Origin: Mesorhizobium sp. M8A.F.Ca.ET.218.01.1.1
GTDB lineage: Bacteria; Pseudomonadota; Alphaproteobacteria; Rhizobiales; Rhizobiaceae
DNA: 24,000 nt
Assembly: GCF_004791165.1 (NCBI RefSeq)
Contig: NZ_SRUZ01000009.1
Coordinates: 64,873-88,872, forward strand
Direction: 5' to 3'
Shown in pieces: positions 17,543 through 24,000 of the stretch; within the stretch, counting starts at the first letter, position 1; each line of letters starts with the position of its first letter. The translations under genes and the position numbers were made by a program. The notes below the pieces were generated by a model. That model saw nothing but the letters and a program-made list of their open reading frames with translations. It was not told the origin of the DNA and did not search any database.

Positions 17543-18977
17543 ATGGCAACGTTCGGCCCACGATTTGGAGAGGACGACCTAGGCACCTTGTCCATCGAGG
17601 AACGAGGACGAGGCCTCGTGGAGGTGTTTTTCCAGCCTTCAGCGACGCGACTAAAGATCGCGCACCGCGAGGGGGACCCAACGACCCGCGTCCTGCTTAT
17701 AAAGTTCGAGGCTAGGACGGACACGACCACGCTCTATCCCGTCAATACCATGCCCACGTCCGCGAGCTTCCTGACGCCTAAGCACGATCCCATTGTTTCG
17801 ATCGAGCTGGTACTGAAGAATGGGTTCGCCCACATGGTCGATGATTATGACGGAGCCGAACATTTCGTCGTGCCGAGCACCCTCGATGACGTGCAGATGT
17901 ACCTAGAGGAGTGCATGCCCTCGGGGTTCACTAAAAACCCGAATTTCGGGCTTGGGCTCGATCGCACGCTTTCATTCATCACCCAGGCGCTGTCACAGAT
18001 CGACGGTATCAAGCAATTGCGCCTGACCGACGAGAAGACCCTCGAGGTCTCTCGGTCGGCCGACGGCAAGACCTTTGAGATGGGCTATCGCCTTTTCGAC
18101 GAGTTGCGCCGCGGGGCCAATCGTTTTGATGACAAGGCGCGCGCCTCGAGCAGGAAGAAGAAGCACCAGGCCGCCTACACCAATCTTCTCACCAGGCTCG
18201 ACCGTACAAAGTTTCCGCTGAAGCTGTTCGAGCGCGCACCTGATGATCTAGCGGAAGTGATCGGCGAGACTATTGTAGACGCCCGCCTTTCGGAAAAAGA
18301 CCGGGCGGCCGTTGTCAGCCTCGCCGGCGCAACGGTCCGCAAATCAATCAAAACCCAGCGCGCCGGGCTCGTAAAACTTCATGACGAGATTGAACTTGCT
18401 TCCCTCGATGAGCTGATAGTCCATATGGAAACGCAGTTCGCCGCGAGGGCCACCGAGCCGCAATGGCAGAAGCTGTTCGAGGCCAACCCTTTTATCCTGG
18501 ACATGGCATTCAACGTGCCGGTGCTTTTGCTGCAGGGGCAGGCCCATGTCGGCGGGAAGATCCTCGACGGGTCAGGCGAGAAGATCGCCGATTTCCTGTT
18601 CACCAACCAGCTGACCGACAGTATTGCTATTTTGGAGATCAAAACGCCCGGCATGGACCTGGTCAGCAAGAAGCAATACCGGGGCGGAGTCTTGGCGCCC
18701 TCCCCCGAGCTCGTCGGCGCGGTCGTGCAGACCCCGCGACCAGATCGACAAACTGCGTAGCGATATCTACCGAATTAAAGCGCTTAATCCCCAGCATAAG
18801 CTGGAGTCCTACGGCATCAAAGGTGTGGTGCTGGCGGGCACAATCCCGGATACCGAGCGGAAGCGTTCCTTCGAACTGTATCGCAACAGCTTGTCCGGGC
18901 TGTCTATCATCACCTTCGATGAGCTGCTAGCGAAGCTGAAATCCTTGCGCGAGCTCCTGTCGGCGAAGCCGGCATAG
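17543..18977 (+). pseudogene. sduA: Shedu-type (DUF4263) nuclease with an unknown N-terminal domain of about 300 aa; reading frame broken by a 1-nt frameshift near 18732-18737
   Basis: ATG 17543 is preceded by AGGA (17535-17538). Frame A reads EPQWQKLFEANPFILDMAF, IADFLF (D, nt 18590-18592), ILEIKTP (E/K, nt 18635-18643) and GAVVQ (Q, nt 18728-18730), then stops at 18758-18760. Frame B continues DQIDKLRSDIYRIK...GVVLAGT...SFELYRNSLSGLSIITFDELL to 18977. The span of 1435 nt equals 3n+1. Confidence 0.75.
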
Positions 18978-19035
18978 CGGCATGGCGCGGACCCTCTGCA
19001 ACGCGATAAGAGGGACCCTTGGTGTCAACGCAGAG

Positions 19036-19752
19036 CTATTCGTCCGTCTCGACTCCGATGTCCTCTGGGACGCCAGCAAAGTCCGGCATGATGCTGCCCG
19101 CAAGCAACTTCTCCTTCGACAGCAGGCCGGCATCCTCGAGCGCCTCGAAATCCGGCAGGTCGCGCAGCGTATCGAGCCCGAACTCCAGCAGGAATTCTTT
19201 CGTCGTCACATAGGTGTAGGGCGCGCCGGGTGTCGGACTGCGCGGACCGGACGCAATCAGCTTCGCGCCGCGCAGATGACCAATAAAATCGCGGCTGATC
19301 TCCTTGCCGAAGAAGGAAGAAAGCTCGGCGCGAGTGATCGGCTGGAAGTAGCCGATGCACATCAGCACGAGCACCTCGGACTGCGTGAGGTCTGCCGCGC
19401 GCTCGTTGCCGCCAACCGCGGCACGAATGGCGTCGGCATAGGCCGACCGCGTCAGATGCTTCCACCCGCCAGCGACGGCGACCAGGTCGTAGGGCCGGCC
19501 GCGCAATTCTTCCCGGATGTCGTCGATCAGGAGATCGATGCTGCAGCCTTTCCCCACGATGCGGGCGAGCGTTTCGCGCGTCACCGGTTCGCTGGCCGCA
19601 AAAATTGTTGCCTCGACGCGATGCATCCACTCGCGCCAGCGCGCCTCCGGCGGCAGGTGATCCAGCTCCCGGTCAAACAACTGGTCAGCTGATCGACGGT
19701 CATCTGACCGGCTCCCCCGTTGCCTCCGCGCCGTCTCCGCCATGATCGTCAC
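19036..19752 (-). CDS. scpB: ScpB-like protein (SMC-ScpAB kite subunit homologue, tandem winged helix)
   Basis: VEATIFAASEPVTRETLARIV..., LTQSEVLVLMCIGYFQPITRAELSSFFGKEIS..., PGAPYTYVTTKEFLLEFGLDTLRDLPD follow the ScpB consensus. GTG 19752 overlaps the upstream stop (GTGA). An alternative ATG is at 19743. Confidence 0.85.
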   Translation of the reverse strand: MTIMAETARRQRGSRSDDRRSADQLFDRELDHLPPEARWREWMHRVEATIFAASEPVTRETLARIVGKGCSIDLLIDDIREELRGRPYDLVAVAGGWKHLTRSAYADAIRAAVGGNERAADLTQSEVLVLMCIGYFQPITRAELSSFFGKEISRDFIGHLRGAKLIASGPRSPTPGAPYTYVTTKEFLLEFGLDTLRDLPDFEALEDAGLLSKEKLLAGSIMPDFAGVPEDIGVETDE

Positions 19753-20780
19753 AGCCCGTAGATGCGGAACGTTGGGCGCCCGGAAAGCTCGCGCACGGCG
19801 CCAAGTTCGACCAGCCGATCGAACAGGCGTCGAAGGCCGCGGTCGCTCATGCCGGCAACCTTTTCCGAGGCAATGATTGCATCGTCGGCCAGTAGCTTGT
19901 CGACAACAGCGTCCGCCGCCTTGGCCCGGAGTTTCGGCGCGACCGCAAGCAGCCGGTCCGCGCGGCGCTTGAGTTCAGCGGAAAGATCGATGGCGCGAAG
20001 CGCAGCGCGCGCCTGCACGGCCAGCAGACTTCTGGCACGCTCAAGATCTGTCTCAATGCCTGTCACCGGAGAGATGGCTGCCGATCGACGCGGGCGGGCG
20101 CTTATGCCCAAGGCTGCCTCGGCGCCCAGCAGCGGCACCGCGTGTACCCAACCCAGCCGTTGCGCCAGCAAGCCGTCGGCGAGCCATGCCCCGACGGCGC
20201 GCGCAAAGCCGTGGCGTTCGGCGGCCATGAATGTGCCGGTCAGCGTTGCGACCATATCAGTGCCGGCAGCGAGTTGCCGGAGATCATCCGCCAAATCGCT
20301 GACCACCTCATCATCCGGGGCATAGCCGAACTCTTCCAACACCGCGGCGAGGTTTTTCTCCGTCAGCAATTCCTCCGCGGGCCGGGCTGCCAGCCGGCGC
20401 CAGGCAAGCAGCAAAAGCCCGGCGGGACCGACGGACCAAAAATCGCCCGGTCGCGCGAGCAGCAAGGCATCGCGCAGTGCGCTTTCATCCTCGACGCGGC
20501 CGGCCTGTTTCGCCGTTGCCGCTGCCGCCGAAAGCGCAAGCCGCTGCCGCCAAGCGCCGGCCCACCGCTCCTGCTGGCGAACGACTGCATCGAGCGCGCC
20601 GATGGCGGCACCAGCAGCGAGCGCGACGTCATCAACACCTTTTCCCGCAAGGCTTTGCGCATCCGGTACGGCGCGGCGCAGCCAGGCCGGCACCGCTGCC
20701 ATCGGCGCGGTCGAAGCGGCACCGGCAAGCGTGGCGTAATGACGCGAAAAGGGTTTGGCGCGCAGAATCATTGCAAGCAC
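19749..20780 (-). CDS. DUF1403-family protein (alphaproteobacterial; Ala/Leu-rich helical body plus C-terminal winged-helix-like tail)
   Basis: 343 aa. I recognise the overall pattern as DUF1403 (memory-based call). C-terminus is MSDRGLRRLFDRLVELGAVRELSGRPTFRIYGL. Tracked start is GTG 20780; an alternative ATG is at 20771. Confidence 0.65.
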   Translation of the reverse strand: MLAMILRAKPFSRHYATLAGAASTAPMAAVPAWLRRAVPDAQSLAGKGVDDVALAAGAAIGALDAVVRQQERWAGAWRQRLALSAAAATAKQAGRVEDESALRDALLLARPGDFWSVGPAGLLLLAWRRLAARPAEELLTEKNLAAVLEEFGYAPDDEVVSDLADDLRQLAAGTDMVATLTGTFMAAERHGFARAVGAWLADGLLAQRLGWVHAVPLLGAEAALGISARPRRSAAISPVTGIETDLERARSLLAVQARAALRAIDLSAELKRRADRLLAVAPKLRAKAADAVVDKLLADDAIIASEKVAGMSDRGLRRLFDRLVELGAVRELSGRPTFRIYGL

Positions 20781-20848
20781 GATGAATCATGACGGCGCTT
20801 TTCGCAACGGAAATAGGCAAAAAGCGCTGTACCTGTAGGCAACACACA

Positions 20849-20877
20849 ACGAATGATAATCTTGCATTATCGTTCGT
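20849..20877. promoter_or_regulatory. Imperfect palindrome in the divergent DUF1403/recombinase intergenic region; candidate recombinase core site or operator
   Basis: ACGAATGATAAT (20849-20860), CTTGC spacer, ATTATCGTTCGT (20866-20877). 11 of 12 arm positions are complementary. Confidence 0.4.
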
Positions 20878-20896
20878 GTTGGTCTTTATAGAGGAA

Positions 20897-22120
20897 ATGG
20901 CCCCTATCGTCGATCAAAACCCCGAAAATCGTACTCGGCATCGCTCCGCTCGACCACAGGAAACGGCGCGGGGTGTCGATCAAATCGCGCAGGTGGCCTC
21001 GGCCGGGCACGACACGCCGATCGCCGACGACCTGCCCGACATCGTCGACGTTGTCATGGAGATGGGTCGTATCCCGGAGGAACCGCCGGCCGAAGCCCCC
21101 TCCCCTCTCCCGGCCGTCGCCAATCCCCGCCTGCCGGCGCATCTCGACGCGCTGGCCGATCGCGCCCGCGACTATGTCGAGGCGGCGAGTTCCGCCAATA
21201 CGCGTCGGGCCTATGCGGCTGATTGGAAGCATTTTGCGAGTTGGTGCCGGCGCCAGGGCGTCGAAACGTTCCCGCCGGATCCCCAGGTGGTCGGGCTCTA
21301 CATCACCGCGTGCGCCTCTGGCACGGCGACCGGCGACAAGAAGCCGAACTCGGTGTCCACGATCGAGCGCCGGCTTTCCTCACTGACGTGGAACTATGCG
21401 CAGCGCGGCCAGCCGCTCGACAGGAAGGACCGCCATATCGCGACCGTCATGGCCGGCATTCGCAACAAGCACGCCTCCCCACCCCGGCAGAAGGAGGCGG
21501 TGTTGCCGGAAGATCTGATCGCCATGCTGGAGACGCTCGACCGCGGCACGCTACGCGGCCTGCGCGACCGCGCCATGCTGCTCTTGGGTTTCGCCGGCGG
21601 CCTGCGGCGCTCCGAGATCGTGGCTTTGGATGTCGGCCGCGACCAGACCGAGGACGGCCGAGGCTGGATCGAGATCCTTGACAAGGGCATGCTCGTTTCT
21701 CTTCGCGGCAAGACCGGCTGGCGGGAGGTCGAAGTCGGGCGCGGCTCGTCCGATGCCACCTGCCCAGTTGTCGCGGTGCAGACTTGGCTCAAGCTCGCCC
21801 GTATCGCGCATGGTCCCCTCTTCAGGCGCGTCACCGGCCAGGGCAAGGCGGTCGGCGCCGATCGACTCAACGACCAGGAGGTGGCGCGCCTGGTCAAGCG
21901 CACTGCGCTGGCGGCCGGCGTGCGCGGCGATCTGTCGGAAGGCGAACGAGCAAAGCTCTTTGCCGGACATTCGCTACGCGCTGGCCTCGCCTCTTCGGCC
22001 GAAGTCGATGAGCGCTATGTGCAAAAGCAGCTCGGCCATGCCTCGGCTGAAATGACTCGCCGCTATCAGCGCAGACGCGATCGCTTCCGTATCAATCTCA
22101 CCAAGGCGAGCGGACTATAG
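20897..22120 (+). CDS. Tyrosine recombinase / site-specific integrase (Cre-like N-terminal SAM-like domain)
   Basis: SANTRRAYAADWKHFASWCRRQG (N-terminal core-binding domain). Catalytic set: LLLGFAGGLRRSEI (R), GHSLRAG (HxxR), LGHASAEMTRRY (H...Y). The start is uncertain. The tracked ATG 20789 would put the palindrome inside the CDS, so ATG 20897 (GAGGA just upstream) is chosen. Confidence 0.88.
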   Translation: MAPIVDQNPENRTRHRSARPQETARGVDQIAQVASAGHDTPIADDLPDIVDVVMEMGRIPEEPPAEAPSPLPAVANPRLPAHLDALADRARDYVEAASSANTRRAYAADWKHFASWCRRQGVETFPPDPQVVGLYITACASGTATGDKKPNSVSTIERRLSSLTWNYAQRGQPLDRKDRHIATVMAGIRNKHASPPRQKEAVLPEDLIAMLETLDRGTLRGLRDRAMLLLGFAGGLRRSEIVALDVGRDQTEDGRGWIEILDKGMLVSLRGKTGWREVEVGRGSSDATCPVVAVQTWLKLARIAHGPLFRRVTGQGKAVGADRLNDQEVARLVKRTALAAGVRGDLSEGERAKLFAGHSLRAGLASSAEVDERYVQKQLGHASAEMTRRYQRRRDRFRINLTKASGL

Positions 22121-22164
22121 GCCGGGCACGCCTCTCCCCTGCCCTTCGGATGCCGAGAAGTACG

Positions 22165-22683
22165 TTATCGCCAGGATAGCTGGTCCTTCGGCAACCGGCC
22201 GCTTGGGTCGAATACGGTTATATTGTGCGGCAGACCCGGACCCCAGTCCCAAAGGACCAGGTTACGATCCTCCATTTCGGCGCTCGGCGCGAAACTTGGG
22301 ACCACAATGCCGGCAATACTCCGAGGCCGCAGCCGGTCGCAGACGGACCAGGACGCCGGGCGCTCTCCGTCGCTAAGCGCCGTCGCCCAGGCGCAGGCCA
22401 TGTCCTCGAGCGCGATAGAAAATTCTCCCCTCGCCTCGTCCGTTGTCAGATCCACGATGTCGTCGCAGTCGATCTCATAGGAACACAGCACGCAAGGATC
22501 GATCCGGTGCGCGAACCCCTGGTTGGCTTCCTTGACCGCTGTCATGATGGTCAGCGCCAAATAGAGCGCCGGCACGCCTTTGGGATTAAATCGCGCACCT
22601 CTGATCGCCGCCCCTTCGCCGGAAGTCGGCTTGAATGCCCAACGTGGATCGTGTGCGCGGTAGCAGGTTCCAACGAACCTCAC
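22165..22683 (-). CDS. RES-domain toxin (Xre-RES / ParT-MbcT-like NAD+-targeting family)
   Basis: 172 aa. CYRAHDPRW...GEGAAIRGARFNPKGVPALYLA...AVKE is the RES-domain N-terminal pattern. The GTG start overlaps the antitoxin stop (GTGA at 22680-22683). Confidence 0.9.
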   Translation of the reverse strand: MRFVGTCYRAHDPRWAFKPTSGEGAAIRGARFNPKGVPALYLALTIMTAVKEANQGFAHRIDPCVLCSYEIDCDDIVDLTTDEARGEFSIALEDMACAWATALSDGERPASWSVCDRLRPRSIAGIVVPSFAPSAEMEDRNLVLWDWGPGLPHNITVFDPSGRLPKDQLSWR

Positions 22684-23111
22684 GCAAACCCGCCAACGGC
22701 CATGTGATCGAGATAGTCACGGACCGCTGCTGCCTTGCCGTCCTTCACCAGCGCCTCAGCGGTGCGTCCGCCAAATGCTGGAAGCGGCTGAGCTCGATAC
22801 CAAGCCATCGCCTGCTCCTTGCCGCCCGCCCAATCCGTCACGCGACTTATGATCTCGAGCATTTCCCGCAGACGCCCCTGTGTCTTAACCGTAGCGCTGC
22901 GCTCTGAGCGATAAAGGGTCTCGCGAGCAAGACCGGCGGTCTGGGCCAACTGGCCCTTGGACATGCCAAAACCATCCGCGACCTGCTCGATCGCAATCTT
23001 CCCGTTCCGGTCCATATAGGACAAAACGAGAGGTCCATTCTGCTCGGGGATCTTGAGTGCATGGGCCACAGAATTCATCCTACCATATGGAGAGTCATAT
23101 TTCTTGTGCAA
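22680..23111 (-). CDS. Xre-family antitoxin with DUF2384 (MbcA/ParS-type) C-terminal domain
   Basis: HTH segment IEQVADGFGMSKGQLAQTAGLARETLYR. C-terminus is AMAWYRAQPLPAFGGRTAEALVKDGKAAAVRDYLDHMAVGGFA, typical of RES-partner antitoxins. Tracked start is TTG 23111; an alternative ATG is at 23078. Confidence 0.85.
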   Translation of the reverse strand: MHKKYDSPYGRMNSVAHALKIPEQNGPLVLSYMDRNGKIAIEQVADGFGMSKGQLAQTAGLARETLYRSERSATVKTQGRLREMLEIISRVTDWAGGKEQAMAWYRAQPLPAFGGRTAEALVKDGKAAAVRDYLDHMAVGGFA

Positions 23112-23176
23112 AAGATATGGCAGTTCTCGGCACCTTTCAAGCCCAGGACCGAACCATTCAAGCTGCTCCCACCGTC

Positions 23177-23850
23177 TGCGCGCTTATGTCGAAGCAGCGA
23201 GTTAGGCAAACACCCGTCGTGCCTATGCCGGCAACTGGAAGCATTTTTTGAGCCCGGTGCCGGCGTAAGCTATTTGATCCGCAGCCGCCAGACCCACAGA
23301 TCGTCGGCCTCAACATCGCGGTCCAGGCCTCGGGATCGGCAAGGGACACAGGTCGGCGTCGACCATCGAGTGCTGCCTGTCGTCGCTGACTTGGCACGCA
23401 ACGCGGTCGACCGTTCGACCGAGAGGACCGGCATATCGCCACGGTGCTCGCCGGCATCCGTAACAAACACGCCTCTCCTCCCATCAAAGGAAGCCATCCT
23501 GCGCGACGTTCTTCTCGCCATGCTGGAAACGCTTGACCGCGGCACCTGCGCGGTCTGCGCGACCGCGTCATGCTGCTTTTGGGCTTCGCCGGTGGCTTGC
23601 GCCGATCCGAATCGTCTGCCTCGATGTTGCCGGCTGGCGACAAATCCTAGCCATTGAATTGCCATTCGCGAGAATCGCTCGGCCCGGACAGAATGCCTCG
23701 TTGCAAAAAGGGGGCCGTGGGGCGTCTGACTGGCCAGCCCGGCGGGGCGATCACGAAGCGCGATTTGCCAGCAATCGACACCGTTTGGCGCGTGGGCGCC
23801 CCACGCGCACTCTCCTCCGGTGCGTCGACGATGAGGCAAGCAAGAGGCTG
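23177..23850 (+). pseudogene. Decayed, 5'-truncated paralogue of the tyrosine recombinase gene
   Basis: Nucleotide homology to 21165-21840 is visible by eye. For example, 23181-23250 (CGCTTATGTCGAAGCAGCGAGTTAGGCAAACACCCGTCGTGCCTATGCCGGCAACTGGAAGCATTTT) aligns with 21171-21236, and 23420-23620 with 21430-21630 (…GCCATGCTGGAAACGCTTGACCGCGGCAC…). It carries in-frame stops (TAG at 23203-23205, TAA near 23265) and indels. The first roughly 90-110 codons are missing. The 3' limit is approximate. Confidence 0.7.
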
Positions 23851-24000
23851 CTGCAGCCGTCAGGCAACTTCCCTCTGGGTCTAGTCCAATTGTTGGCGAA
23901 GGATCCTGGGGACGTATCGAGAACCAAACTTCTCGCACAACTCGTCCGCCCGTACTTTGAGTTCCCAGCTGGGAACAGCTCTTCAAGTTGGAGGCTTGCA

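Noticed and set aside
18989-19019. A possible bidirectional terminator between the convergent Shedu-type and scpB-like genes (CCCTCT...AGAGGG, plus the direct GGACCCT repeat).
   Set aside because: The stem is only 6 bp with an 11-nt loop and no flanking T/A tracts, so it is too weak to annotate.
23270-23986. A 238-aa minus-strand ORF at the right end of the window.
   Set aside because: It runs antisense to the decayed recombinase copy, has a low-complexity Arg/Gly/Ser/Trp-rich translation, and shows no motif. I treat it as an artefact of the pseudogene region.

Overview
High-GC window, probably alphaproteobacterial and Rhizobiaceae-like (inferred from composition and gene families, not searched). 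Bases 1-2632 look like core sugar/polyol catabolism: the 3' part of an FGGY carbohydrate kinase and two SDR oxidoreductases. From about 2.64 kb to the window end the sequence is an accessory defence and mobility island. In order it holds: (1) a frameshifted, truncated MuA-like transposase remnant next to a 500-bp non-coding tract with short direct repeats; (2) a minus-strand, translationally coupled operon of SIR2-like protein, a 205-aa protein and a Rad50/SMC-like ABC ATPase with a central CPVC zinc hook, matching Lamassu/ABC-3C architecture with a SIR2 effector; (3) an AbiEi/AbiEii type IV toxin-antitoxin pair with a perfect palindrome at its start; (4) a complete QatABCD system (KAP NTPase, unknown, QueC-like, TatD-like); (5) a MORC-like GHKL ATPase fused to a Shedu-type PD-(D/E)xK nuclease core, followed 8 bp later by a second DUF4263/Shedu-type gene broken by a 1-nt frameshift; (6) a DUF1403 + ScpB-like pair; (7) a Cre-like tyrosine recombinase with a palindrome upstream; (8) a RES/Xre toxin-antitoxin pair; (9) a decayed 5'-truncated copy of the same recombinase. 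The best candidate for an undescribed system is the GHKL-Shedu fusion plus its paired Shedu paralogue (15571-18977). The SIR2/205-aa/zinc-hook ATPase operon and the DUF1403-ScpB pair come next. All calls rest on motif reading of the supplied translations. No database or HMM search was run. No tRNA, rRNA or CRISPR array was recognised.
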